Part shown: in pieces, positions 9,238-18,802 of the stretch | Numbering within the stretch: the stretch's first letter is position 1 | Layout of the letters: every line of letters starts with the position of its first letter | Assembly (NCBI GenBank): GCA_964637135.1 | Contig: CAZWTX010000004.1 | Coordinates: 62,001 to 124,153 of the forward strand | Direction of reading: 5' to 3' | DNA: 62,153 nt | Source: an uncultured Methanospirillum sp. | GTDB taxonomy: Archaea > Halobacteriota > Methanomicrobia > Methanomicrobiales > Methanospirillaceae | Notes under the pieces: model-generated | Told to the model about the DNA's origin: nothing | Seen by the model: only the letters and a program-made list of their open reading frames with translations | Databases searched by the model: none | Made by a program: the position numbers and the translations under genes

Positions 9238-10053
9238 CTAACCCTCGAGTACTTCTGCCATGTACACCAGGACGTTTTCAGGACCGCTCAGGTAGATAAG
9301 ATCACCTTCGGCTAAAACCTGGGTATCTGAAAGGGTGAGGGCATCACCTCTCTGGACTGCGATGATATCAGCCTCCGGGGGGATCGTGATATCAGAAAGC
9401 ATTCTCCCTGCAGCGGAATGTACCGGAATCACTGCAAGGGGTGCCGCCGCTTCCATGAGGAGTCCGCGGACTTTCTCTGCATCACCAGGCATAAGGCTTT
9501 TCAGCGCAGATTCAACGTCAGCGTTAAACCGGTTGATCGGGAGAACTCCCTGGATTTTTCTCATTCCGGCCTGTGCTGCTTCTCCGATTTTCTCCCCGAT
9601 TGGGGCGACTTCGCCGGCTACTTTCTCTCCGATTTCACGGGCTTTTTCACTGATTTTATCTGCAGTCTCAACAGTTCCTTCTTTGATCTTTTCTGCAGTT
9701 TCTGAGAGCCGCTTTCCTGTCTCTGCTGCTCCGGTCTGTATTTTCTCAGCCGTCTCCCCGGCACTCTTTCTTATCTGTTCGTCGAGGGGTACTTTCCGTT
9801 TTACCGTGACCGATGCTCCTTCTTCAATTCCAAGCCGTCTGATGTCCTCGGCACTGATCCGGATCCTGCCTTCTTCTACCAGGGTATCGGCAAAGAGAGT
9901 GAAGGAATGACTTTTTCCTTCTGCCGTGGTGACCACAATCTCTGATTGATCCACAACTGAAAGATCATCAAGAAGGCGTGCATTTACCCGTACACGCCCG
10001 GATCCTGGCATGGCTCTTTTGGCCACCTGCAGAGTAACGTGATCCATATTCAC
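9238..10053 (-). CDS. Protein with CDC48_N-like double-psi beta-barrel, amphipathic 11-mer repeats and TrkA-C (RCK_C)-like domain
   Basis: N-term GRVRVN..LLDDL....GRIRIS....RRLGIEEG..V.V; middle repeats IRKSAGETAEK/IQTGAAETGKR/IKEGTVETADK/ISEKAREIGEK; C-term AGRMLSDITIP...IIAVQRG...VLAEGDLIYLSG. Confidence 0.75.
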   Translation of the reverse strand: MNMDHVTLQVAKRAMPGSGRVRVNARLLDDLSVVDQSEIVVTTAEGKSHSFTLFADTLVEEGRIRISAEDIRRLGIEEGASVTVKRKVPLDEQIRKSAGETAEKIQTGAAETGKRLSETAEKIKEGTVETADKISEKAREIGEKVAGEVAPIGEKIGEAAQAGMRKIQGVLPINRFNADVESALKSLMPGDAEKVRGLLMEAAAPLAVIPVHSAAGRMLSDITIPPEADIIAVQRGDALTLSDTQVLAEGDLIYLSGPENVLVYMAEVLEG

Positions 10054-10432
10054 ATACCTGGCTTCTATACGTTAATAGGTTTCTAACTGATGCGAATTGG
10101 ATAAAAACCTATCAGCCGGGGAAATTTATGTGAAGAGTCAGGACTGATGAAATACCCGGTATGTTGATAAAATCACCCGTTGGGAGTTCCTGTATCTGAA
10201 AAGAAAGAAATCCGATGGTGAATGATTCCGTGGTATCCGGTTTTTTTTGATGGAGGGTTCCACAATCCATCTGTTCGGAAAAGAAAGACAATCATTCTCC
10301 TGTCCTGTGGCGGAATACTGTCCGGTTATCTCACCTGGCATGATGTCATGAAATTTTTCAGAACCTCAAATCAGAACTCCTTTACCTTCCTGAGGCAGAT
10401 TTTTGTTTGCCCTTCCGCTTGTAGGAGGTCAA

Positions 10433-11044
10433 ATGGGAATCGAGAAGTTACTTGAAGGAAATCAATGCTTCGTTGAAAACGAATACGCAGAAAATATTGA
10501 ATATTACACGGCCCTCCTGAAGGGACAGAATCCTCATGTGATGATGATCGGGTGTTGTGACTCACGGGTCGCTCCTGAGATCACCTGTCATGCAAAGCCA
10601 GGGGAGATTTTTGTTCACCGGAACATCGGGAACATCGTTCCTCCCGGAGACTGGAACGTCGGTACGTTCCTGGAATACGGGATCGAACATCTCAGGATTA
10701 ATACCCTGGTTGTATGCGGACATGAGGAATGCGGAGCGATGAAAGCGCTTTCTCACCGGCATTGCGGTGAGGATTCCCTTATCCCTGGCTGGCTTCGCCA
10801 TGCACAGCCTGCCCTGTCTGCGGCTTGTGCAAATGGGCCGTGTCCGGAAGATCCTGATGCCAAACGGGAATGGCAGACGGAGCTGGAGATCGAGAATGTC
10901 AGGCTCCAGTTAAAACATCTTCGGACGTATAAATGTGTCCGCGAAGCAGAAAACGCTGGGAAACTGCGGGTAATCGGATTGTATTACCGGATGTCAACGG
11001 CGAAACTTGAGGTTATCGATCCGGGTATACCTCTTAAACCCTGA
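10433..11044 (+). CDS. Beta-class carbonic anhydrase
   Basis: GCCDSRV, GEIFVHRNIGN, GHEECGA zinc motifs; GGAGG upstream of ATG 10433. Confidence 0.93.
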   Translation: MGIEKLLEGNQCFVENEYAENIEYYTALLKGQNPHVMMIGCCDSRVAPEITCHAKPGEIFVHRNIGNIVPPGDWNVGTFLEYGIEHLRINTLVVCGHEECGAMKALSHRHCGEDSLIPGWLRHAQPALSAACANGPCPEDPDAKREWQTELEIENVRLQLKHLRTYKCVREAENAGKLRVIGLYYRMSTAKLEVIDPGIPLKP

Positions 11045-11129
11045 TTTTTTACATATCATTGAAGAAACGGTATTCCTGATACCTTGTGTTCTGGTCAGGA
11101 AGGATGGTATTGTTATTGAAAAAAGAGTA

Positions 11130-11546
11130 TTAGATAGCCCCTGCGGGGGATGAAAACGGGTTTTTCTGCTCGCTGACCATCTCATCAACGAATCCTACCG
11201 TCTTGATAATGAGGTTGTGCTGTCTTGCCTCGCTGATCAGGTTCTTTGATTCCTTGGTTACTCCGTTTGAAAGAACGAGGAGATGCGTGGCGTATTCGGT
11301 CATATGCGCGTCACGGACAAGTCCTGCAGCGTTCAGATCATCCTGCCAATTTGGTTCAAACTCTTTGTAGGTGATCTGATGGTCGAGTGCATACTGTTTG
11401 GCGATGAGGTCAACACCAGTTGAACCCCCGGTTATGATCTCGTCTACACCATTCAGTTCTGAAATATACTGCTCAATTTCTGATGAAACCGTATTGAATT
11501 TACGGCAGCCACGAGGGCCTGAAACGATTAGTTTTTTCATGCCCAT
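11130..11546 (-). CDS. SLOG-superfamily (DUF2493/YspA-like) protein
   Basis: LIVSGPR, IITGGSTGVD..A..YA, F.PNW.....AG..R...M pattern. Confidence 0.65.
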   Translation of the reverse strand: MGMKKLIVSGPRGCRKFNTVSSEIEQYISELNGVDEIITGGSTGVDLIAKQYALDHQITYKEFEPNWQDDLNAAGLVRDAHMTEYATHLLVLSNGVTKESKNLISEARQHNLIIKTVGFVDEMVSEQKNPFSSPAGAI

Positions 11547-11737
11547 ACAATTGAGTGGTGCAAGGATATAAAAATGGTGTTTAATATTTTTCTATACTAA
11601 ATTTGTCTGTATCGTATTTGGAATAGAATACTAAAACGATTGCCCTGTAATTACCTCAAAAACCGAATGACAGAAAAAAGAAAGTGGGTGGTATGATGAG
11701 GTTTTCCCGGTACTTGGTGTATCGCCGGATTGAAGTG

Positions 11738-12250
11738 TCATCTTCCGGCTTTTTCCATGAGTGCGAGGATTCCCCGGAGTATTTCAAGAGGTTTTGGTGG
11801 ATTTCCCAAAATCCTGAGGTCAACCGGGATGATAGAATCAACCCCTCCGCGTACTGCATAGGTCCCGGCATATATTCCTCCTGTACAGGCATCGTCGCCT
11901 ATTGCGATGACATATTTCGGATCCGGGGTTGCATCATATGTCTTTTGGAGGGCGAGTTCCATTCCCCTTGTCACAACCCCGGTTACTGCGAGAATATCTG
12001 CATGCCGTGGAGATGCGACAAAGGAGATTCCGAATCTTTCGATATCATAATATGGACCGGAGAGGTTTGAGAGTTCAATCTCTGCAGCATTGTCACTTCC
12101 GCAATCGACCTCCCGGATCATGATCGAACGCCCGAATGCCCGGTGAATCTCACGTTTAAGGGATTCTCCCGTCTTTTCGAGCTCTTCGTCAGTGAAGCAC
12201 ACCGGTTCGGTCACCGGTTTTCTGATGAGTGATGACAGAATTGATACCAT
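11738..12250 (-). CDS. Ehr/HyfI-like small subunit (NuoB family) lacking the four Fe-S cysteines
   Basis: YDIERFGISFVASPRHAD signature; GSDNAA, GDDA and GNPP where the family has GSCNGC, GxCA and GCPP. Confidence 0.88.
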   Translation of the reverse strand: MVSILSSLIRKPVTEPVCFTDEELEKTGESLKREIHRAFGRSIMIREVDCGSDNAAEIELSNLSGPYYDIERFGISFVASPRHADILAVTGVVTRGMELALQKTYDATPDPKYVIAIGDDACTGGIYAGTYAVRGGVDSIIPVDLRILGNPPKPLEILRGILALMEKAGR

Positions 12251-12253
12251 GAA

Positions 12254-13780
12254 TCAGAGATCCCTCCCCGTATACGAGAGATTCATACTTTTATTAATCA
12301 CCGGGAAATCAGGGACAATGTTTCCCATGACTGCGTGTTCGATAGCCTGCCAGTTACAAAAGGACGCGGTCCGTACTTTATAGCGTGAAATCCTGCCGTT
12401 ACTGATAAGGAGCCAGTGAATATTCATCCCACGGGGTGATTCAATAAGGGAGAGAGCATAGCCGTCAGGGATGGTGACATCGGTCGATACCGGCCCATCA
12501 GGAAGTTCACTGATAAGATCGCTGATGAACCGGAGGGAGGCTGCCACCTCTTCGCTCTTGACAAGGAATCGGGCAAGTACATCTCCCTTCGTCTCCCTGA
12601 TACCGTCCGGCTGGCGGAAAAGGTACACCCCGTATGGATGGTCAGTCCTCGTATCGGTATATGATCCTGATGCCCGGGCGACCGGACCGGAAAGGGCAAG
12701 TGGCCTGATGAGGTCAGGACGGATAATCCCGGTCGTTGCAAACCGGTCATGAATGGAGGGAACGGTATATAACCAGCGGAACAGACCGGGCAATTCTGTT
12801 CCGACCTCTTCGACCGTCTTTTTCAGATGAACCAGGATGGCATCGTCGATTTCCCGGGTAATTCCCCCTATGCTGATGATCCCTTTCAGGAATCGTGAAC
12901 CACTTATCGCATCGCATTCCCGCATCAGGCGTTCCCTGAGCATGAGAAGCCGTGAGGCCCCCGTAGAAAAGGCCACATCTGTTGCCATTCCGGCGAGGTC
13001 AGAAAGGAGGGCATATGATCGTTCGAGTTCCAGAATAATCCCTCGGAGTGCGGTTGCCCGCTTTGGGATCCCTGCACCAGCGATCTGTTCCGCTGCCATG
13101 GCATATCCACAGGCATTCGAGGCCGATTCGTCCCCTGCGATGGATTCGGCAACGATGAGGCCCGTTTCCGGTGTCATCCCTTTAGCAAGTTTCTCAATCC
13201 CGCGGTGGAGGTATCCGAGCCGGATCTCAAGGTTCAGAATCTCCTCACCGATTACACTAAACCGGAAATGTCCCGGTTCAATGATACCGGCATGGACCGG
13301 TCCGACCGGGATCTGGTACACGCTGCTTCCTGAGACTTCCCTGAAAGGGTACGGGACGGGATTCTGTTCTGGGATGACCGGTCCGCTCGGGGTATCCTTC
13401 TTCAGCGGATGAAATGATGCAGGATACCATTCATGAAGAAAGAGTCTTCTTGTATCAAAGGCTCCGGTAAAACGAACCCCGAATCCGTCTGTTATCTCCC
13501 GTTCGAAGAGTGATGCAACCGGGAACCAGGGTGTAACAGACTCCGGGCTGTTCGTACTGCATACCAGGGTGAGGAGTTCTGCCTGTCCGTCTTCAAAGAG
13601 GTAAACAAGAGAGAACGGTTCATCATGGAACTCCTCAACCCCGAAGATAGCGATGAGATCAGCCCCGGATGTGGCTACCCGTGCGATCTCTTTGGTGAAG
13701 TCGCCTGGAGGAATCCTGAAATAGCGGGCTGTATGGTCAGTCTTCAGGTGCCATTGTTCTGGATAGATGACTGGTTGCAT
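12254..13780 (-). CDS. Ehr/HyfG-like large subunit (fused NuoC-NuoD) without NiFe-binding CxxC motifs
   Basis: GPVHAGIIEPGHFRF, GYLHRGIEK, ESPRG; ESIAGDES and NKSMNLSY replace RxCxxC and DPCxxC. Confidence 0.9.
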   Translation of the reverse strand: MQPVIYPEQWHLKTDHTARYFRIPPGDFTKEIARVATSGADLIAIFGVEEFHDEPFSLVYLFEDGQAELLTLVCSTNSPESVTPWFPVASLFEREITDGFGVRFTGAFDTRRLFLHEWYPASFHPLKKDTPSGPVIPEQNPVPYPFREVSGSSVYQIPVGPVHAGIIEPGHFRFSVIGEEILNLEIRLGYLHRGIEKLAKGMTPETGLIVAESIAGDESASNACGYAMAAEQIAGAGIPKRATALRGIILELERSYALLSDLAGMATDVAFSTGASRLLMLRERLMRECDAISGSRFLKGIISIGGITREIDDAILVHLKKTVEEVGTELPGLFRWLYTVPSIHDRFATTGIIRPDLIRPLALSGPVARASGSYTDTRTDHPYGVYLFRQPDGIRETKGDVLARFLVKSEEVAASLRFISDLISELPDGPVSTDVTIPDGYALSLIESPRGMNIHWLLISNGRISRYKVRTASFCNWQAIEHAVMGNIVPDFPVINKSMNLSYTGRDL

Positions 13781-13783
13781 GGG

Positions 13784-15253
13784 TCACACTCCCCCCATAC
13801 CGATATCTGCCACAGCAGCGGTGAGAAACGCTTCCTCTCCCGGTATTATCCATAATCCTGCGATGATGGATGCCGCAATGAGGATAATTATCGGGATTTT
13901 CATGGTAACCGGTGGTACATACTGTTTCGGGCGTCCTCCGGAACCGTACCTGAGGGATATCAGCCTGATAAAATACCGCAGGAGTGCAGATGCGGCGATT
14001 GCAAAAAATATCAGGATGATGAGGGCCAGTATCATGGATTTCTGCCCGGCTGCGATCAGGATACCTATCTTTGAGATAAACAGGGGAAACCCGGGCGTTC
14101 CGATGATGGCAATCATCCCGATTCCGAGTGTTCTCGTGGCAAAGGGCTGCATGGAGATGAGATCTCTCGGCTTTTCGTCATCTCCGGGTGTTTCTGGGTG
14201 GTACTGGCGGTTCAGGATCCCTGCTGAAAGAAAGAGCCCTGACTTGACGAGTGAATGGCCTATCATGTGGAAGAGTGTCCAGAAGATAGCAAGCGGTGTC
14301 ATCAGGCCGATTCCGAGGAGAATGAATCCCATGTTTTCGACAGAGGAGAATGCAATAAGCCTTTTTGTTCCGGTCTGGCAGAGCATGGACAGGGCTGCAA
14401 TAGACATGGAGAGAACACCGAAGATAATCAGGATCGTACCTGACTGGAAACTGACAGTGGAATGAGAGACAATTCCCGTCAGCCTGAGAATTCCATATAT
14501 ACCGATGTTCAGGATAACTCCGGACAGAACTGCACTAACCGCAGAAGGAGCCTTTGCATGAGCCTCCGGAAGCCAGGTATGCAGGGGAACAATTCCTGAT
14601 TTCGCTGCAAATCCAATGAAAAAGAAACCGAAGGCTATCCAGAGCATTCCGCTGTCCACCGACGGAGCGATGGCAAGAAGGGTCTTCCAGTCAAGGCTGA
14701 TGGCCCCGGTTGACTGTCTGACCAGTTCAAAGAGAAAAATCACCCCGATAAAGGAGAAAAGCATGGAGGATGATGAAATAAAAATATATTTCAGGGATGC
14801 GTCGATATTTTCCCGAACTGCCAGGACGGCAACAAGTAATGCAGATATTGCTGTTGTCAGTTCTGCACAGATCCAGAACTGGGCAATATTCGGTGAATAA
14901 AAAGCGAGAGTGGTTACGATGAGCAGGATAGAGAAACCTGCATAGAATATCCGCAGGCTTCTCCTGTCGAGTTCTCCATCCCTTACAAGGCCGTCGATGT
15001 ATCCGACTGCGAATACACTGGCACAGGTGAAGACCATCCCGGTGATGAACACCATCAGGACACTTGCATGATCAACCAGGAAGATACCTGATGTATCCTG
15101 CCAGTTTTCAGGAGTCAGTACAAGGATAAGCGTGATAAGAAGACTCCCTGAAGAATGGATAACTCCCAGAATACTGAGGGCGAGATGCTTCTTCTGGAAG
15201 ACCTGGAGAACCAGGATGATCACGGTCAGGATGAGGTAGGCGAGCATAATCAT
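13784..15253 (-). CDS. HyfF-like antiporter-type membrane subunit
   Basis: KSGIVPLHTWLPEAHAKAPSAVSAVLSG, KRLIAFSSVENMG. Confidence 0.9.
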   Translation of the reverse strand: MIMLAYLILTVIILVLQVFQKKHLALSILGVIHSSGSLLITLILVLTPENWQDTSGIFLVDHASVLMVFITGMVFTCASVFAVGYIDGLVRDGELDRRSLRIFYAGFSILLIVTTLAFYSPNIAQFWICAELTTAISALLVAVLAVRENIDASLKYIFISSSSMLFSFIGVIFLFELVRQSTGAISLDWKTLLAIAPSVDSGMLWIAFGFFFIGFAAKSGIVPLHTWLPEAHAKAPSAVSAVLSGVILNIGIYGILRLTGIVSHSTVSFQSGTILIIFGVLSMSIAALSMLCQTGTKRLIAFSSVENMGFILLGIGLMTPLAIFWTLFHMIGHSLVKSGLFLSAGILNRQYHPETPGDDEKPRDLISMQPFATRTLGIGMIAIIGTPGFPLFISKIGILIAAGQKSMILALIILIFFAIAASALLRYFIRLISLRYGSGGRPKQYVPPVTMKIPIIILIAASIIAGLWIIPGEEAFLTAAVADIGMGGV

Positions 15254-15942
15254 GCCTCTTCCTCCTCCCTGGACCAGAGATGAAACTCTGACAGACGACT
15301 GGTATACTCTTCAATACTTGAATCCATGCCTACGGTCAGGATCGTGGTAAGAAGAATGAGGATGATCAGGTCAACCATGATGATAAATTCAACGATAAAG
15401 GGAAGTTCGGTGGCAAACAGACCAAACAGAAGCACCCCATTCTCCATCGAGAGATAACTTGTCACCTTCGTGATCGCAAGTTTCCGGGAAAATATCCCGA
15501 TAAGCCCCATGAGCATGAGGGAAACCCCGGCAACACTCCCAAGGAAAAACAGGCTGTTCTCTGTATACATGGTGTTCAGGATCTTCGAGAAGCAGAGGTA
15601 CACCATGATAATGAGCAGTATACTCACAGCGAGCGCTCCTGCCGGTTTTAGGCCGTAAAAGCCCGTGTCCTGTTCGATTCTGATCTTTTTCTGAATATGC
15701 AGGATAAAAGCCGGGATACCGATCACCTTGGAGACCAGGGTCAACAATGCGACAAAGGCGATCAGAACCTGCTCATCAAGCCAGGCCACCATCAGAGCGA
15801 TGATCACGAGAATGAATGACTGCATCGAGTATGTTCTGACCAGGGCCGGCAGGTTTCGTGACGTCAGAAGAAAGGCTGCTGATATCAGGATGAGAACGAG
15901 GGCAATCCTCAGGCCTGCAACGATAATTTCCGTTCCGATCAC
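15250..15942 (-). CDS. HyfE-like membrane subunit
   Basis: About 7 TM helices, YLSMENG motif; position in the operon. Confidence 0.85.
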   Translation of the reverse strand: MIGTEIIVAGLRIALVLILISAAFLLTSRNLPALVRTYSMQSFILVIIALMVAWLDEQVLIAFVALLTLVSKVIGIPAFILHIQKKIRIEQDTGFYGLKPAGALAVSILLIIMVYLCFSKILNTMYTENSLFFLGSVAGVSLMLMGLIGIFSRKLAITKVTSYLSMENGVLLFGLFATELPFIVEFIIMVDLIILILLTTILTVGMDSSIEEYTSRLSEFHLWSREEEEA

Positions 15943-16877
15943 AGGATCACCTCTATAAAGATCGTCAGCATCGAGAGGAAAAATGCGAGCATAAAGAGAT
16001 TCGGAAGACTAAAAAACCTCATTTTCGCAAAAGACGATTCACTTAACCCGATTATCACCGAAAGGAGACTCCCCTTCATGACAAACGCTGTTATGCCGAT
16101 AAGTATCGCAGGAATGGTACATTCAAGGGCAATACCGAGGGGTATGAGCAGGTTTATCAGAAGCGCCATCAGCAGGGTCTGTTTGACGGCATGGGAGAGT
16201 TCAAAAAGGGCAAGGTTTCTTCCGGAGGTATCAAGAAGCATTCCCTCGTGAATCATGGTCAGTTCCAGGTGGGTCTCCGGATTATCCACCGGAATTCTTC
16301 CGGTCTCGATGATGATAAGGATGAAGAGTGAGACCGAGAGGAGAATGATGGTTGGATTGAATGTCCCTACGGCCCCGGCGGTATTGGCAAACATCTCATG
16401 GATCGAGAGCGTTCCGGTCACAAAGGCCATAGCCGCAAAGACGATGATCGTCGTCGGCTCAATGACTGCAGAGAGACTCATCTCCCGTGAACTGCCCATT
16501 CCGCCAAACGTGCTGCCGGTATCAAGCCCGAGGAGAGCGAGGAGAAACCGTGTCATTGCCAGGAGGTACAGGAAGATAATGATATTTCCGCCGATTCCGT
16601 CGTTAGGGATCCAGAAAACCGGAACAAAAAGCGATGCAACCATCAGAATCGCCAGTGTTGCATTGGGAGCAATCCGTGAAATCGGGCTTGCATACTCTGA
16701 GTAAATGACTTCTTTCCTCAGCAGTTTTGCGATCTGCCAGTATCCCTGGAGGAGGGGGGGGCCATACCGTCCCTGTGCCCGGGCTTTTACTTTCTTCACG
16801 ATGGTCATGTACAGCGGTGCTCCGAGCAGGATGAAACCCAGGTTGATCAATCCGAAGAGGATCGGTTCGAAATTCAT
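15939..16877 (-). CDS. HyfC/NuoH-like membrane subunit
   Basis: QGRYGPP, FGGMGSSRE, ETGRIPVDNPETHLELTMIHEGM; ATG at 16877 overlaps the upstream TGA. Confidence 0.9.
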   Translation of the reverse strand: MNFEPILFGLINLGFILLGAPLYMTIVKKVKARAQGRYGPPLLQGYWQIAKLLRKEVIYSEYASPISRIAPNATLAILMVASLFVPVFWIPNDGIGGNIIIFLYLLAMTRFLLALLGLDTGSTFGGMGSSREMSLSAVIEPTTIIVFAAMAFVTGTLSIHEMFANTAGAVGTFNPTIILLSVSLFILIIIETGRIPVDNPETHLELTMIHEGMLLDTSGRNLALFELSHAVKQTLLMALLINLLIPLGIALECTIPAILIGITAFVMKGSLLSVIIGLSESSFAKMRFFSLPNLFMLAFFLSMLTIFIEVIL

Positions 16878-18802
16878 ACGAATCCTCCGATGACCAGGAT
16901 CATCACGATAACCATGATAAAGACATAGAGGAGATACCGATCCGTGCTCCCGGTATGTATGCCGTTCACAAGGTTTGCATATCGCATGACCCATGAGGCT
17001 GCCGGAAGGTACAGGTACTCCTCGAAGAACTTCATGAGGTGTAGGTGTGCTTCACCTGCCCTGAAGAAACATCCAGAACTATCAAAAAAATCTTTTTTCA
17101 GGGAAATCCGGGTCCGGTATACCGGGGTGAAGATCTTCACTACCGGCTGGGAATATCCTGATCCGGTGTATTCCATCCGGCTGTCAGGGGCATACATCCC
17201 ACAGTCCCAGGTGGGGGCGATTCTTGTCTCCCGTGATGCAGTCAGGTATACTGTAGCGACAACAGCCACGAAGGCCAAAATGAGAAGAACCGATACCTGG
17301 AAGAGATCGGGAAGGAATCCAGAATATCCAAAAAAATCCAGGATCTGTGAGGAAAACACTCCTGAAAGGATACAACAGCCGGCAAGAACAGCCGGGCCGG
17401 CGATCATGGTGATGGGGACCTCTGATGCTTTTTTTGCCCGGGTAGAACGGGGAAGTGCAAGAAATGTGACTCCGAATGCTTTTACAAAACAGGCTGCGGT
17501 AATAGCCCCGGTCAGGCCGAAGAGTGAGAGGCTGATGACCATAAGAACCTGCATAAGCGGAGCTGATTGCTGAAGAGCGAGGAATAATGACTGATATATG
17601 AGCAGTTCACCGGCAAAACCGTTCAGGGGAGGGAATGCAGATATTGCAAATACTCCCACGAGGAACAGCCCACCAGTCATCGGCATTCTGACCAGGATGC
17701 CCCCGAGTTCATCGATATTTCGTGTTCCAGCAGCCTGGACCACTGAACCGGCAGTGAGGAAGAGCAGTCCTTTGAAGAGGCCATGGCTGAATGCATGAAA
17801 TACCGCCCCGATCAATGCCATGGTTCCTATAGCAGGCAGTCCTGTTCCGGAAAGAACCACAAACAGGCCCATCCCGATGAGAATCACGCCAGTATTGTCT
17901 ATTGAACTATATGCAAGCAACCCTTTGAGATCTCTCTCCTTCAGGGCATACATCACCCCGAGTGTTGCAGTCAGGCAGCCGAAAAAGAGGATGATCAGTC
18001 CCCATGATGTCTCCGGAAGAAAAAAGCCTGTTATCGCCCTGAAAAGGATGTAAAGGGCAGTATTGAGCATCATTCCGGACATCAGGGCCGAAACCATCGA
18101 TGGAGCTGCCGGGTGTGCATATGGCAGCCATTTATGAAATGGTATGACCCCGGCCTTGATTGCCACTCCGAGGAAGAGAAAAATAAAAGCCCCCCATGCC
18201 AGCAGGGTGGTCCCCGGAATCCCGGACGGATACACGAATGATCCCGTCAGAAGGTACATGGCAATAACTGAAGAGAAGATGCATACCGTTGAGAGCTGGG
18301 TCATCGCGAAATAAAAAAAGGCTGCGTATCGGGTTTTTTCTTCTTCATATTCTGTAAGGACGAGGAAGAATGAACTGATTGCCATGATTTCCCAGCTGGC
18401 AAGAAAAAGGATGGTAGACTGCGACAGTATCACCAGTAGCATTCCTGCCAGGAATACCGGGATTGCGGCAGGAAGGATATACGGCTGTTTCTCCGGATTC
18501 ATTCTCATGATGTATCCGGGGCTGTACAGGGATATGGCAATCGTGAGTATCCCGAGAAGCAGAATAAAGACCTCTGATAACCGGTCTGCACCGAGGATTA
18601 GCGGGAACTGGGTGGTGAGGTTCATTACGGCAATCCCGGTGCTCTCTCCCGTGTACAACCGGATGGCTGCCCAGACCGAGATAACCAGACCGGCCAGACC
18701 GGTCAGAATAAACGGCTGGAATATTCTTGTTCCCCGTTTTTCCAATGCAACAAGGGCTGCAGCGAAAAAAAGGATCAAACTTATTATAATTGGATCGGTC
18801 AT
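16874..18802 (-). CDS. HyfB-like antiporter-type membrane subunit
   Basis: WEIMAISSFFLV, KAGVIPFHKWLPYAHPAAPS, PPLNGFAGE, WDCG...RMEYT. Confidence 0.9.
   Translation of the reverse strand: MTDPIIISLILFFAAALVALEKRGTRIFQPFILTGLAGLVISVWAAIRLYTGESTGIAVMNLTTQFPLILGADRLSEVFILLLGILTIAISLYSPGYIMRMNPEKQPYILPAAIPVFLAGMLLVILSQSTILFLASWEIMAISSFFLVLTEYEEEKTRYAAFFYFAMTQLSTVCIFSSVIAMYLLTGSFVYPSGIPGTTLLAWGAFIFLFLGVAIKAGVIPFHKWLPYAHPAAPSMVSALMSGMMLNTALYILFRAITGFFLPETSWGLIILFFGCLTATLGVMYALKERDLKGLLAYSSIDNTGVILIGMGLFVVLSGTGLPAIGTMALIGAVFHAFSHGLFKGLLFLTAGSVVQAAGTRNIDELGGILVRMPMTGGLFLVGVFAISAFPPLNGFAGELLIYQSLFLALQQSAPLMQVLMVISLSLFGLTGAITAACFVKAFGVTFLALPRSTRAKKASEVPITMIAGPAVLAGCCILSGVFSSQILDFFGYSGFLPDLFQVSVLLILAFVAVVATVYLTASRETRIAPTWDCGMYAPDSRMEYTGSGYSQPVVKIFTPVYRTRISLKKDFFDSSGCFFRAGEAHLHLMKFFEEYLYLPAASWVMRYANLVNGIHTGSTDRYLLYVFIMVIVMILVIGGFV

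Noticed and set aside
7667..10053. Gas vesicle, ESCRT/Cdv or A-type ATPase stalk genes
   Set aside because: No GvpA signature, no Snf7/Vps4 or ATPase gene, and no atp context.
11738..18802. Calling this a functional hydrogenase-4 or formate hydrogenlyase with the neighbouring Fdh
   Set aside because: No NiFe ligands, no small-subunit Fe-S ligands, no ferredoxin subunit and no maturation protease.
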